From: Candidatus Kapaibacterium sp. | GTDB taxonomy: Bacteria; Bacteroidota; Ignavibacteria; Palsa-1295 | Direction of reading: 5' to 3' | Length of the DNA: 25,680 nt | NCBI GenBank assembly: GCA_035712525.1 | Contig: DASTAO010000076.1 | Coordinates: 1-25,680, forward strand | Part shown: piece by piece, positions 7,844 to 17,858 of the stretch | Numbering within the stretch: position 1 is the stretch's first letter | Layout of the letters: each line of letters opens with the position of its first letter | Notes under the pieces: generated by a model | What the model saw: the letters and a program-made list of their open reading frames with translations, nothing else | Told to the model about the DNA's origin: nothing | Database searches by the model: none | Position numbers and translations under genes: made by a program

Positions 7844-7884
7844 CGTCATTGCTTCGTCGGGCTAAAGCCCTCCTCGCAATGACG
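7844..7884. repeat. CGTC-tagged palindromic repeat with an internal GGGC-TAAA-GCCC hairpin
   Basis: CGTCATTGC (7844-7852) and GCAATGACG (7876-7884) form a perfect 9-bp inverted repeat; the inner hairpin spans 7859-7870. Confidence 0.7.
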
Positions 7885-7920
7885 GTGTTGCATAATATAT
7901 GACGAGTATTTTCTGTGCCG

Positions 7921-7928
7921 TATTTTTG
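7921..7928 (+). promoter_or_regulatory. -7 element TATTTTTG, 5 nt before the MFS start codon
   Basis: CG-TATTTTTG-AA matches TAnnTTTG. Confidence 0.55.
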
Positions 7929-7933
7929 AAGTA

Positions 7934-9169
7934 ATGCAGATAAAAAAATCCGTCATTGCGGCGTGGAGTATGTTCGATTTTGCGAATAGCTCCTTTGCCA
8001 TCATCATGTCGACGTTCGTCTTCCCGCAGTATTATACCGGCGTCATCGTCGATAATCCTAATAAAGATCTGTACTGGGGGATTACGCTTTCAGCTTCGAT
8101 GCTACTGGTGGCCTTGCTTGCGCCTGGGCTTGGGGCGATCGCGGATTCTACGAGTTCGAAAAAGAAATTCCTGGGGTTCTTTACCCTTGCTGCCATCGTC
8201 GGTACCGCCGCCGCCTATTTCCTTGGCGCCGGGATGATCTTGCTTGGGTCTATTATCTTTATCATTGCCAATGCAGGATTTGAAGGCGGTATCGTTTTTT
8301 ACGATGCTTTCCTGCCGCAGATCGCACCGCCGGAAAAGATGGGGAAGATATCGGGTATTGGTTTTGCGGTTGGATACGGTGGATCGCTTGCAGCACTTGG
8401 CGCATCAATTCCGTTTCTTACTTCCGGATTATATAAAGAGACCTTTCTCGTGACTGCTGCTTTTTTCGCGATCTTTTCATTGCCGATATTTCTATTTGTT
8501 AAGGAGCCGAGAGAAGCAAAACAAGATGCTCCGCAAAGAAGCTTACTCGATGGCATTAAAAGCATTGGCACAACAATCGGACACATCAAGCAATATAAAA
8601 CGCTCTATACTTTTCTAATAGCGTTTTTTATCTATAACGATGCCATCCTGACGGTGATCGGCTTTGCAGGTATCTATGCAAAGGATTCGCTGCACTTCAC
8701 AATGCAGAATTTAATCATTCTATATGCTTTGGTGCAGACGGTTGCCATCATCGGCTCGCTTGTCTTCGGGATCGTTACCGATCAACTTGGGCCGAAGACG
8801 ACGATCATCATCACACTTTGCATCTGGCTTGGTGTGGTAGTTGGGGCTTATTTTTCTACGGATGTTACTTCGTTCTATATTGTCGCCATCTTTGCCGGTA
8901 TTTCACTGGGCTCAAGCCAATCGGCCTCGCGATCGATGATGGCGCTCCTGACACCAAAAGATCGAAGTGCCGAGTTCTTCGGCTTTTACGATGGCTTTGC
9001 CGGTAAGGCAAGCGCAGTCATTGGGCCACTTATCTTCGGGGTACTATCAAGCGCATTCGGGCAGCGGCAGGCTATTCTTTCGTTAGCCATATTTTTTGGA
9101 GTAGGATTATGGCTGTTGCGCAGAATTAAAACAGGTAGTTGGGACGCCAATATAGAGAGTGGCCTATGA
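7934..9169 (+). CDS. MFS transporter, UMF1/Atg22-like family
   Basis: AWSMFDFANSSF, YDAFLPQIA, GKISGIGFAVGYGG, EFFGFY; ~12 TM segments. Confidence 0.9.
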   Translation: MQIKKSVIAAWSMFDFANSSFAIIMSTFVFPQYYTGVIVDNPNKDLYWGITLSASMLLVALLAPGLGAIADSTSSKKKFLGFFTLAAIVGTAAAYFLGAGMILLGSIIFIIANAGFEGGIVFYDAFLPQIAPPEKMGKISGIGFAVGYGGSLAALGASIPFLTSGLYKETFLVTAAFFAIFSLPIFLFVKEPREAKQDAPQRSLLDGIKSIGTTIGHIKQYKTLYTFLIAFFIYNDAILTVIGFAGIYAKDSLHFTMQNLIILYALVQTVAIIGSLVFGIVTDQLGPKTTIIITLCIWLGVVVGAYFSTDVTSFYIVAIFAGISLGSSQSASRSMMALLTPKDRSAEFFGFYDGFAGKASAVIGPLIFGVLSSAFGQRQAILSLAIFFGVGLWLLRRIKTGSWDANIESGL

Positions 9170-9276
9170 CCTATAATTTCCTGAAATTTATACTTTTTAG
9201 GTTGTGTTCATTTTAATTGATCTATTGTCAGTTTTCCCCCTAAAGTTGAACTATTAATAAACTATAAGGTGTCAAG

Positions 9277-11400
9277 ATGGTTAAGCGTTTTTTACCCGTA
9301 TTTCTCTTTCTCTCATTCTCTTATATTGGAGTTTCGGATAGTTACTCGCAATGGGTATCCGATTCGACTAAGAATACACCGGTTTGTGTTGCTTCTGGTT
9401 CTCAGCAAAATCCACTTGTTATTTCCGATGGTAACGATGGCGCCATTATCGTTTGGCAGGATTATCGAAACAACAACTGGGATATTTTTGCCCAGCACCT
9501 CGATGCCGGCGGTGTGCCGAAATGGGGGGATAATGGAAAAAATCTTTGTACTGCTGCTACGATTACAAACACCAATCAGACGGCGCCAGTGGTCACAACC
9601 GATGGCAATGGTGGTGCCTATGTAGTCTGGAAAGATGCGCGCCAGGGCGGTACCGATCTCGATCTCTATGCTCAGCATATTAGCAGCGATGGGACTTTGG
9701 TATATGGTACTGGTGGTGCCGGCGTTTGTGTGAACAAGCCTGATGCTACACAGCCTACGAATATCGCCATCTGTTCCGATGGTTTCGGCAATGCGTTCGT
9801 TGCCTGGGAAGATTATCGCAGCAGCATTTCTCCATCGGGTAACCGACCCGATATTTACATGAACAAGCTAACCGGGAATGGCGTAGCTTGGGGTGCCGGC
9901 GGCTCGGCAAAGATCGTCGCATCATCGAAACAGGTTGAGCCCGCGCTTACGAGCGATGGTAATGGTGGTTGCGTTTTGGCTTGGGTAACCGATGGTACCG
10001 TCCCGTCTTCGTTAAGGGCAGCACAGATCAGCTCCTCAGGTACGGTGGGTTGGAATGGTGGGGTTCTTGTTTATAAAGATCAATTGAGCACCAATCCGGT
10101 CGACAATGTAAAGATCGAACGCGATGGCTCACAATACATGCTCAGTTTTCAGGTGAAGGATGGTTCAAATTCCGCTAATGGTTGGGATATGTTTGCTCAG
10201 CGATTAAAATCGGATGGTACACTTGTCTGGAATACGACTTCCTCCGCGCCGCAGATCTCAAGAAGCTGGTTTGGTGATCAGATCAATGCGACGGTCTTTA
10301 GCGATGACTCTGTCGAATCAAATAACCTTACCGGGTTAATGGTCGTCTACGAGAATGACGGTACAAAGAAATCGGTAGTAATGACACGATTGATCGCTGA
10401 TGGCGATAGTTTCGTTCCCTCGTATCCCAATCACATCTACACCGTTTCGAATGTTTCTACCGGCGATCAGAGTGCACCGGCTGCGGTAAAGATCGGTACC
10501 GGAGAGTTGATGGTTGCCTGGGTTGATAATCGTTTTGTAAATTATACTAGTATTTATGGCCAACGGGTCAATCGTTGGCCGCACCGCTTCCTCGGGCCAT
10601 CGGCTTCGAATTCGACCTGGGGTGAGGCGATCTCGAATCATAAGAGTTCAGATGCCGATCAGGTTGCCCTTGCACCTCGCACCAATGGCGCGATTGCTGT
10701 GTGGCGCGACAACCGCAATGGCAATACCGATATCTATGCACAGTTGATCTTCAAAGATGGCAGTTTGCCCGTCGAACTTTCATCATTCAATGCAACAGCA
10801 ATTGCAAACGGTCAAGTGCTTATTAATTGGCAGACTGCCAATGAAAAGGATAATGCAGGCTTCGAAGTCGAACGCCGCAAGATTTCCGGCAATGCCTCAA
10901 ATACCTATGAAGTTATCGGCAGCTACCGAACCGATGGCTCGCTTGCCGGTTCGTCATTCTCGAATACAACGAGATATTATACTCACATTGATCAACCTAC
11001 TGAAGCTGGTTCGTATGAATATCGTATTGTCGATTATACCCTGGATGGCGAGCGCACTACGCATGAGCCGAAACTGGTTGAGCTTTCTTCAACGCTCGAT
11101 GCGACTACGTGGAGCGTTTCGCAGAATTTCCCGAATCCGTTTAGCAATACTACGAAAATCACTTTCCAGACGCCGCAACAATCCATTGTTGATATCGAAG
11201 TCTTCGATGCACTCGGCAGAAGCCTCGTAAAGCCCATGACGGCTACGGCTCTCGATCGTGGCTTCCATAGCGTTACGGTTAATGCTAATGAATTACCAGC
11301 AAATCAGATCGTGTATTACTCTGTAACGGCTCGTGACGTTACAAGTGGCGCTATTCTCTGGAAAACGCCGGCGGCTATGATGATGCAGGTCTCTAAATAA
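9277..11400 (+). CDS. T9SS-secreted protein with ~8 beta-propeller-like repeats and a type A C-terminal sorting domain
   Basis: Signal peptide; repeats of type SDGxGGAxxxWxDxR..DIYAQ..xxG; LPVELSSF..FEVER..Y Ig-like module; CTD starting SQNFPNPFSNTTKITF..VFDALGR. Confidence 0.85.
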   Translation: MVKRFLPVFLFLSFSYIGVSDSYSQWVSDSTKNTPVCVASGSQQNPLVISDGNDGAIIVWQDYRNNNWDIFAQHLDAGGVPKWGDNGKNLCTAATITNTNQTAPVVTTDGNGGAYVVWKDARQGGTDLDLYAQHISSDGTLVYGTGGAGVCVNKPDATQPTNIAICSDGFGNAFVAWEDYRSSISPSGNRPDIYMNKLTGNGVAWGAGGSAKIVASSKQVEPALTSDGNGGCVLAWVTDGTVPSSLRAAQISSSGTVGWNGGVLVYKDQLSTNPVDNVKIERDGSQYMLSFQVKDGSNSANGWDMFAQRLKSDGTLVWNTTSSAPQISRSWFGDQINATVFSDDSVESNNLTGLMVVYENDGTKKSVVMTRLIADGDSFVPSYPNHIYTVSNVSTGDQSAPAAVKIGTGELMVAWVDNRFVNYTSIYGQRVNRWPHRFLGPSASNSTWGEAISNHKSSDADQVALAPRTNGAIAVWRDNRNGNTDIYAQLIFKDGSLPVELSSFNATAIANGQVLINWQTANEKDNAGFEVERRKISGNASNTYEVIGSYRTDGSLAGSSFSNTTRYYTHIDQPTEAGSYEYRIVDYTLDGERTTHEPKLVELSSTLDATTWSVSQNFPNPFSNTTKITFQTPQQSIVDIEVFDALGRSLVKPMTATALDRGFHSVTVNANELPANQIVYYSVTARDVTSGAILWKTPAAMMMQVSK

Positions 11401-11419
11401 AGAATATCTTTAAAATGAA

Positions 11420-11444
11420 AAGGGCGACTATCCTAGCCGCCCTT
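11420..11444. terminator. Hairpin between the convergent T9SS gene and sucC
   Basis: AAGGGCGACTA-TCC-TAGCCGCCCTT; 10 of 11 positions pair. Confidence 0.65.
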
Positions 11445-11464
11445 AATTAAAATGAATTTACGAG

Positions 11465-12628
11465 TTATGCAGCAAGTGCTTGGGTCACTTTAGCCGCTGC
11501 ATCCTTCAATCCATGAGCTACGAGGAAATTAAGTCCGCTCTGCTCTAAGATTTTTCCAGCTTCCGGGGCATTGGTACCTTCGAGACGAACCACGATCGGG
11601 ACATGCGGCTTGACGATACGTGATGCTTCAACAACACCGTTTGCAACACGGTCGCAACGAACGATACCACCGAAGATATTAATTAAAATTGCTCTGACGT
11701 TCGGATCGCTGAGGATGATACGGAAGCCACTGGCGACTGTCTCGGCATTTGCTCCGCCGCCGACATCGAGGAAGTTCGCCGGATCGCCGCCGGCAAGTTT
11801 AATGATATCCATCGTTGCCATGGCAAGGCCTGCACCGTTAACCATGCAACCTACATTGCCATCGAGCTTGATGTAATTCAAATTCGATTTTGAAGCTTCG
11901 ATCTCAAGCGGATCTTCTTCATCGAGGTCGCGAAGAGTGGCATAATCCGGATGACGATATAATGCATTGTCATCAAAGTTAACCTTCGCATCGAGAGCGA
12001 TCATCTGCTGCTCTTTTGTCAGAACCAACGGATTGATCTCGAAGAGCGAGGCATCGGTTTCTTCGTATGCCTTATATAAGGCTTTCAGGAATTTGACACA
12101 TTGCTTCAACGCTTCACCGGATAAGCCGAGGGCAAAGGCAAGATCACGAGCCTGGAAATCACGGAAACCGACGGCCGGATTAACAGCGATCTTTATGATC
12201 TTTTCCGGTGATTCTTCGGCGACCTTTTCGATCTCCATACCACCTTCGGTCGAGACCATGATCACATTTTGGCCCGTCGCACGATCGAGGACAATACCGG
12301 CATAAAATTCTTTCTCGATATTAACACCTTGCTCGATAAGCAAGCGCTTAACAAGCCGACCTTCGGGGCCCGTCTGATGGGTAACGAGGGTCATCCCGAG
12401 GATCTGCGAAGCGTATTGCTTTACCTCGTCGCGATTCTTGGCAACCTTAACGCCGCCACCTTTACCGCGGCCACCGGCATGGATCTGTGCCTTTACGACA
12501 GCGACCTGGGTCGGCAGTTTATCCGCTGCGGCAAGAGCTTCGTCAACCGAATAGGCGACGTAGCCTTCCGGAACTGGAACTCCATATTTTTTAAGGATTT
12601 CTTTGGCTTGATGCTCGTGAATTTTCAT
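11465..12628 (-). CDS. sucC: Succinyl-CoA synthetase beta subunit (ADP-forming)
   Basis: [55 protein letters not shown]. Confidence 0.97.
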   Translation of the reverse strand: MKIHEHQAKEILKKYGVPVPEGYVAYSVDEALAAADKLPTQVAVVKAQIHAGGRGKGGGVKVAKNRDEVKQYASQILGMTLVTHQTGPEGRLVKRLLIEQGVNIEKEFYAGIVLDRATGQNVIMVSTEGGMEIEKVAEESPEKIIKIAVNPAVGFRDFQARDLAFALGLSGEALKQCVKFLKALYKAYEETDASLFEINPLVLTKEQQMIALDAKVNFDDNALYRHPDYATLRDLDEEDPLEIEASKSNLNYIKLDGNVGCMVNGAGLAMATMDIIKLAGGDPANFLDVGGGANAETVASGFRIILSDPNVRAILINIFGGIVRCDRVANGVVEASRIVKPHVPIVVRLEGTNAPEAGKILEQSGLNFLVAHGLKDAAAKVTQALAA

Positions 12629-12663
12629 TGAATAATAATTAGGTAATACAGTAGATAGAATTA

Positions 12664-12671
12664 CAAAAATA
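12664..12671 (-). promoter_or_regulatory. -7 element TATTTTTG for sucC
   Basis: TTTCG-TATTTTTG-TA on the minus strand, 35 nt upstream of the sucC start. Confidence 0.6.
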
Positions 12672-12791
12672 CGAAAGAATCCTTTTCCCGTATGAATGCG
12701 TAGGTTTCAGTGACTTTTTGGTAACTTTATAACTTTTAAAATTGTTTTTGTTTTGCTATTCTAACAACGCTTTTTCGAACAGAACAAACTT

Positions 12792-13958
12792 ATGTCAAAC
12801 GAAGCAACTGCCGCCACCTCCAGTGCTAATGGGACGAAAGTCGCCCCTGCTAAAGCCGGACTCGAAGATATCATTGCCGGAACGAGTAACATTTGTTACC
12901 TCGATGGGAAACGCGGCATCCTCGCCTACTATGGATACGATATTCATGATCTTGTAAAAGGCTCGTTCGAAGAAACCGTTTATTTGTTGCTCAACGGCAA
13001 GCTCCCGAATGCTTCCGAACTCTCTGAGTTCTCTACCAAGCTTGTAGCAGCCCGGAGCTTACCAAAGCAGATCGTTGAGAAGATTCAAAATTCGCCCTTG
13101 AATGTCCATCCGATGGCGATACTCAGGACGTTCGTTAGTGAACTGGCTTTCTACGATAATACTGCCGAAGATAATTCGCACAATGCGAATATCGAAAAAG
13201 CGATCCGATTGATCTCGCAGCTTCCATTGATCGTTGCCTATTACGATGCTCATCGTAACGGCCGCCCGGCTCCGCAGCCGAATGCAAATCTAGGCCATGC
13301 TGCAAATTTCCTGGCGATGCTTCTTGGAAAAGAACAGGACGAACGAGTTGTAAAAATGTTCGATGCAGCGCTGACACTTCATGCCGATCATGAATTCAAT
13401 GCTTCGACCTTCACATGCCGTGTTATTACCTCGACACTTTCTGATCTCTATTCATCGGTAACCGGCGCGATCGGCGCTCTTAAAGGACCGCTTCATGGCG
13501 GCGCGAATGAACAGGTCATGCGCATGCTGCTGAAGATCACCGACCCGACTCGCGCCCGCGAATGGGTTATGGATGCTTTAGCCCGCAAAGAGAAGGTCAT
13601 GGGCTTTGGCCATCGTGTCTATCGTACCGAAGATCCTCGTGCAACGCATCTTCGCCGTTTCAGCGAAGAAATGGGAGAGCGCACAGGTGAAAAGCAGTGG
13701 TACCAGATGTCGCGCGATATCGAAGAGCTTATCCTCAAAGAAAAGAAGCTCTATCCGAATGTTGATTTTTACTCCGCCAGTACATATTACTTAATGGGCA
13801 TTCCGCTCGATCTTTATACTCCGATCTTCGCAATGAGCCGCGTATCGGGTTGGGCAGCACATGCTCTCGAGCAGTATGCCAACAATCGCATCATCCGCCC
13901 AGCAGCGGATTACACTGGTCCGGTCGATCTGACCTGGAAACCGGTAAGTGATCGCTAG
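12792..13958 (+). CDS. gltA: Citrate synthase (short citrate synthase II/2-methylcitrate synthase family)
   Basis: HADHEFNASTF, GPLHGGANE, GFGHRVY, PNVDFYS; 388 aa. Confidence 0.9.
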   Translation: MSNEATAATSSANGTKVAPAKAGLEDIIAGTSNICYLDGKRGILAYYGYDIHDLVKGSFEETVYLLLNGKLPNASELSEFSTKLVAARSLPKQIVEKIQNSPLNVHPMAILRTFVSELAFYDNTAEDNSHNANIEKAIRLISQLPLIVAYYDAHRNGRPAPQPNANLGHAANFLAMLLGKEQDERVVKMFDAALTLHADHEFNASTFTCRVITSTLSDLYSSVTGAIGALKGPLHGGANEQVMRMLLKITDPTRAREWVMDALARKEKVMGFGHRVYRTEDPRATHLRRFSEEMGERTGEKQWYQMSRDIEELILKEKKLYPNVDFYSASTYYLMGIPLDLYTPIFAMSRVSGWAAHALEQYANNRIIRPAADYTGPVDLTWKPVSDR

Positions 13959-14050
13959 TCGCGATTAATACAAGCCGGGTTTTATTCCAGAGGCACTGAG
14001 CTCACTTCTTCCGTTGATGCTATATTTATAGGGTAGGCATCCTTTCTTCC

Positions 14051-14058
14051 TATCTTTG
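14051..14058 (+). promoter_or_regulatory. -7 element TATCTTTG for the CNNM/ATP-grasp unit
   Basis: TAnnTTTG 13 nt upstream of ATG 14072. Confidence 0.5.
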
Positions 14059-14071
14059 TAGTAAGCACTAT

Positions 14072-15430
14072 ATGGATATTTTTCTAGGATTGCTGCTCGT
14101 TGGGGTCTTTATCGGGCTCAATGCGTTTTTTGTGGCAGCAGAGTTTGCAATTATAAAGGTCAGGGGAGCGCAGCTTGGCGAACTTTCGAAACGAAACGAA
14201 CGGCAGGCCAAACGTCTCGAACAGATCATTTCCCATCTCGATGCCTATCTATCGACGACACAGATTGGTATAACGTTCGTCAGCCTTGCCTTAGGTTGGC
14301 TTGGCGAATCGGTCTTCATGGATATTTTTGCGCCGATCATCTTTTTGGTTACGAGGTCTGAAGCAGTGGCACATACTATCGGTGCGATCTGTGGTTTTAT
14401 TGCTTTGACCGGGCTGCATATCCTATTTGGAGAGTTGTTACCGAAATCTATTTCGATCGTCAATGAACGATCGGTAGCATTGAAAGTAGCAGGGCCATTA
14501 CATTTCTTTTACAGCCTCTTCTTGCCGATCGTTAAAGTCCTGAATGCCGGTCTTCGCGGACTGCTGAAAATACTTGGTTTGCCGACCGGTCTTGCCAGCG
14601 AAGGAGCGACCGAAGAAGAATTACGGCAGGTCATTCTCGATTCAGCGAAACGAGGAGTGGTAACAAAAAGCGAATCGGACCTTATCGAATCGGTTTTCGA
14701 ATTCAGCGAAACCACAGCACAGGAGATCATGGTGCACCGATCCGATGTGGTTGGCATCGACTTGGAGAATGAGCCGCGAGATGTATTTCGGATCATCGAG
14801 ACGGAAGGCTTTTCGAGATTGCCGGTCTTTCGGAACTCGATGGATGAAGTGCTTGGCATTCTATATGTGAAAGATCTGCTGCCATCATTCAGCCAGCTTG
14901 AGAGACTTACGATACCAAGCCAGAACGCATCAGATGAATTTGTAAAACTCATTGAACGGTTGATGCGAGCTCCGAAATTCGTTAGTGAAACGCAGCCGAT
15001 CTCCGAGCTGCTTCGCGAATTCCGCCGTCATCGGACAATGATCGGAATTGTTGTTAGCGAACATGGTGGAGTAGAAGGAATTGTAACGCTTGAGGATATT
15101 TTGGAGGAGTTAGTTGGTGAAATTCAGGATGAATCCGATGTGCCGGCTGACGAGGAAAATGTGATCGAAGTGGGCGATGCCATCTATATCGATCCGAGTA
15201 TGAACGTCACCGATTTTAACGAGCGCTTTGCCGAGCGATTCCCAAAAGTCGAAGAGAACGACGATTATCAAACAATCTCCGGCTATATACAAAAAGCAAG
15301 TGGAAAGATACCGAACGTCGGCGATGTGATCGAAGCGGATGGGTTACGATTCATAGTCAAACGAAAAATTCGTCACCGACTCGAACAAGTCAAGATCGAA
15401 AAACTTGAGGTTGTCAAGGAAGCCGAATGA
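14072..15430 (+). CDS. Hemolysin-family/CNNM (DUF21-CBS-CorC) divalent cation transporter
   Basis: NAFFVAAEFA, QIGITFVSLALGWLGE, FGELLPK, GFSRLPV, GIVTLEDILEELVGEIQDE, C-terminal CorC domain. Confidence 0.93.
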   Translation: MDIFLGLLLVGVFIGLNAFFVAAEFAIIKVRGAQLGELSKRNERQAKRLEQIISHLDAYLSTTQIGITFVSLALGWLGESVFMDIFAPIIFLVTRSEAVAHTIGAICGFIALTGLHILFGELLPKSISIVNERSVALKVAGPLHFFYSLFLPIVKVLNAGLRGLLKILGLPTGLASEGATEEELRQVILDSAKRGVVTKSESDLIESVFEFSETTAQEIMVHRSDVVGIDLENEPRDVFRIIETEGFSRLPVFRNSMDEVLGILYVKDLLPSFSQLERLTIPSQNASDEFVKLIERLMRAPKFVSETQPISELLREFRRHRTMIGIVVSEHGGVEGIVTLEDILEELVGEIQDESDVPADEENVIEVGDAIYIDPSMNVTDFNERFAERFPKVEENDDYQTISGYIQKASGKIPNVGDVIEADGLRFIVKRKIRHRLEQVKIEKLEVVKEAE

Positions 15431-16629
15431 TAGCTGATCTTCGAAAAGAATTTAACTCGAAATTTTCCGATAGTCTTTATCAGAGGATGCTATCGGAGCT
15501 TGAGCATCGCGCCGGATGCGAAATAGAATTTCGCGTTGCAGAAACACCACTCTTTTTATCGAAGCAGATGGCAGTCCATGCTGCAACTGCCGCCGAAAAT
15601 ATTCTTAGTAAAGCGGCCTCAGCTGAATTGCAGGCGTTCGGAGTGAAGGCTATTCCATCACAGTGGAATGTTGCCAACGAAACGGATAGGCCATTATTTG
15701 CCGCAGTCGATTTTGCTGTTACCGGTGACAGGCACGATCCGAAATTTAAGCTTATCGAACTGCAGGGCTTTCCTTCGCTCTATCATTATCAACCGGTCTT
15801 TAGCGAAGTGGTTCGCGATCTCTACGATCTGCCGGCTCATTCGAATGGATTATTCGATCCGTCAATCGGCATAGCAAGGTATTACGAGTATTTAAAACAA
15901 GCGATCGTTGGTGATTGCGATCCGAGTGAGGTCGCATTGCTTGAGATCGATCCGCATCATCAAAAGACGCGGCCTGATTTTTATTTGGCAGCGAGTCATC
16001 TCGGCATTCGCATTGTCGATATCAGGTCAGTTGTTGCTCGGGGCAATGAATTATTTGCACCTGATTCCGAAGAGCGATTGCATCGTATCAAGCGAATTTA
16101 TAACAGGGCGATCGTCGATGAGTTAGTCAGGAAGAATGTTGAGTTGCAATTCGATATTACTGCAGCACATGGTGTCGAATGGGCAGGGCATCCGAATTGG
16201 TATTTCAGAATTTCAAAAGTATTGCTGCCGAAGCTCGTCGGTGTGAACGATGCTGTACCAAATGCAGTAACAATCGATCAGGCGGATATTGAATCATTCG
16301 ATCTTTCAAGCTATGTTTTAAAACCGCTATTCTCATTCGCAGGTCTTGGAGTAAATATTAACCCGACGGTTGAAGACATTGCAGTAATACCGAAAGAAGA
16401 ACGATCAAACTGGTTGCTTCAGGAGAAAGTCGAATATTGCTCCGCCTTTGAAACGCCTGATGGAAATAGCGTGAAAGCTGAGCTACGAGCACTATGCCTC
16501 TGGCTTCCAGAGTGGGATAAGCCAAAGGCAATGCATACACTTGTGAGATTAACTCGCGGCAAAATGGTTGGAGTTGATTACAACAAAGGCCTCGACTGGG
16601 TTGGCTCGAGTTGTGCTCTTGTTGTTTGA
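15427..16629 (+). CDS. Putative circularly permuted ATP-grasp ligase (glutathionylspermidine-synthase-like motif order)
   Basis: FAAVDF and KLIELQGFP precede YVLKPLFSFAGLGV, WLLQEKV and AELR. ATGA overlap with the CNNM gene. Confidence 0.6.
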   Translation: MIADLRKEFNSKFSDSLYQRMLSELEHRAGCEIEFRVAETPLFLSKQMAVHAATAAENILSKAASAELQAFGVKAIPSQWNVANETDRPLFAAVDFAVTGDRHDPKFKLIELQGFPSLYHYQPVFSEVVRDLYDLPAHSNGLFDPSIGIARYYEYLKQAIVGDCDPSEVALLEIDPHHQKTRPDFYLAASHLGIRIVDIRSVVARGNELFAPDSEERLHRIKRIYNRAIVDELVRKNVELQFDITAAHGVEWAGHPNWYFRISKVLLPKLVGVNDAVPNAVTIDQADIESFDLSSYVLKPLFSFAGLGVNINPTVEDIAVIPKEERSNWLLQEKVEYCSAFETPDGNSVKAELRALCLWLPEWDKPKAMHTLVRLTRGKMVGVDYNKGLDWVGSSCALVV

Positions 16630-16631
16630 TA

Positions 16632-17498
16632 TTACAGATCGAGCGATAATCCGAACGATGCTGCGAATACTCTTGTCAGCCCATCGACATTAGTATTTCG
16701 CTTGCTTAGCGGGACGCTGATCGTGCCGGTTAAGCCGAAGAGTTCTGAAAAATGATATCTTGCTTTGAGCAATAGGTCAACCTGGAAATCATCGCTTTCC
16801 GGAATATTGACAAACTCGGCTCCCTGTGAAATAGGATTCAATACACTGGATTCTTGAAGTGGCTTGATGGCGATGAATTCACCACCAATATCGAAGAGAT
16901 CGCCGCGATAGGTGTAGCCGCCGCGGAACATCAATTCATCACCACGTTTAAGGCGCGTAATGGAGTTGATGCTCCGCTTTCCGGCGAGCTGGTATCCCAT
17001 GCCAAAATTAATATTCTTTGAAATGACATCGCCTTCGATCAAAATATCCGTCGACCCAAGTCCGCTTTGATACGATTGCGGAAGCCTATCTTCATTTACA
17101 GTCGCTGTGGCAAACCTGGCTCCCAAACCGAGTGATACTTCGACGCTCGATATCCCGAATAATTTTTGGTTGACGATAAGCATAAGATCGCCAATGCCGC
17201 TGACCGAGCCGAGCGGCCCATCCTGTTGATTCAGGGGTAATGCTCCCCAGATACTGGTGCCACCGAAGATAGAGACTTCGCCAGAGAGTAATAAGCTTTT
17301 GTAGGTCAGATCGCGCGACGTACTATCGCTCGATGAACCGCCGGAGCCATACATATAGGTCAGCATGACCGAATGACGCCACCGGTCGCGGATCTGGTTT
17401 TCTGTGGTGGCAATGCCGGCATCGGCCGATTGAGCCATCGCCTGTTGTGAGAAGCCGGCGATCAAAAGAAGCATTATTAGTGAGCGTTTCAGACTCAT
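16632..17498 (-). CDS. Putative outer-membrane beta-barrel ('transporter'/MetA-pathway-like family)
   Basis: Signal peptide (..AMAQ), alternating amphipathic strands, GIGDL and QSGLGSTD motifs, hydrophobic C-terminal strand. Confidence 0.7.
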   Translation of the reverse strand: MSLKRSLIMLLLIAGFSQQAMAQSADAGIATTENQIRDRWRHSVMLTYMYGSGGSSSDSTSRDLTYKSLLLSGEVSIFGGTSIWGALPLNQQDGPLGSVSGIGDLMLIVNQKLFGISSVEVSLGLGARFATATVNEDRLPQSYQSGLGSTDILIEGDVISKNINFGMGYQLAGKRSINSITRLKRGDELMFRGGYTYRGDLFDIGGEFIAIKPLQESSVLNPISQGAEFVNIPESDDFQVDLLLKARYHFSELFGLTGTISVPLSKRNTNVDGLTRVFAASFGLSLDL

Positions 17499-17578
17499 AG
17501 TTGTTTACTGTTGTGATTGATATGTTCTTCTTACCGAACGTATCACCCCTAAAGTTACCTTAATAATTATTCATTCTT

Positions 17579-17854
17579 GTGAACCGGCAACTACTGGAGA
17601 TACTTAAACAACGAGAGGATTATCCTGTTTCTCGAAGTGATGAACCGACCGTCGAGTGGTTCGTCGAATATCTCGATCACAATTCTCTGTGGTTATTGCG
17701 CTACGATCTGGCAAGCGACCCGGTATTTATTTTTACGAATGAAGCCCAGCGATTTACTTTTACCCTCAGTCAGATAAAGGAGTACTATAACCAGTTGAAG
17801 TCGGGCAAGCCAATGGATTGGGAGAGCATTCCGTTCGAATACATTTCGAAATAG
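17579..17854 (+). CDS. Hypothetical 91-aa soluble protein
   Basis: GTG start, globular-like composition, 4 nt upstream of the FtsE-like gene on the same strand. Confidence 0.7.
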   Translation: MNRQLLEILKQREDYPVSRSDEPTVEWFVEYLDHNSLWLLRYDLASDPVFIFTNEAQRFTFTLSQIKEYYNQLKSGKPMDWESIPFEYISK

Positions 17855-17858
17855 CATT

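Noticed and set aside
11465-13958. sucC-like and citrate-synthase-like genes side by side as citryl-CoA synthetase/lyase (reverse TCA)
   Set aside because: Both carry canonical SucC and full-length citrate synthase motifs and are divergent. A lone sucC only means sucD is elsewhere.
12792-13958. Call as prpC (2-methylcitrate synthase) because of HEFNASTF
   Set aside because: GPLHGG and GFGHRVY are citrate-synthase-type, and no prpB/prpD is nearby.
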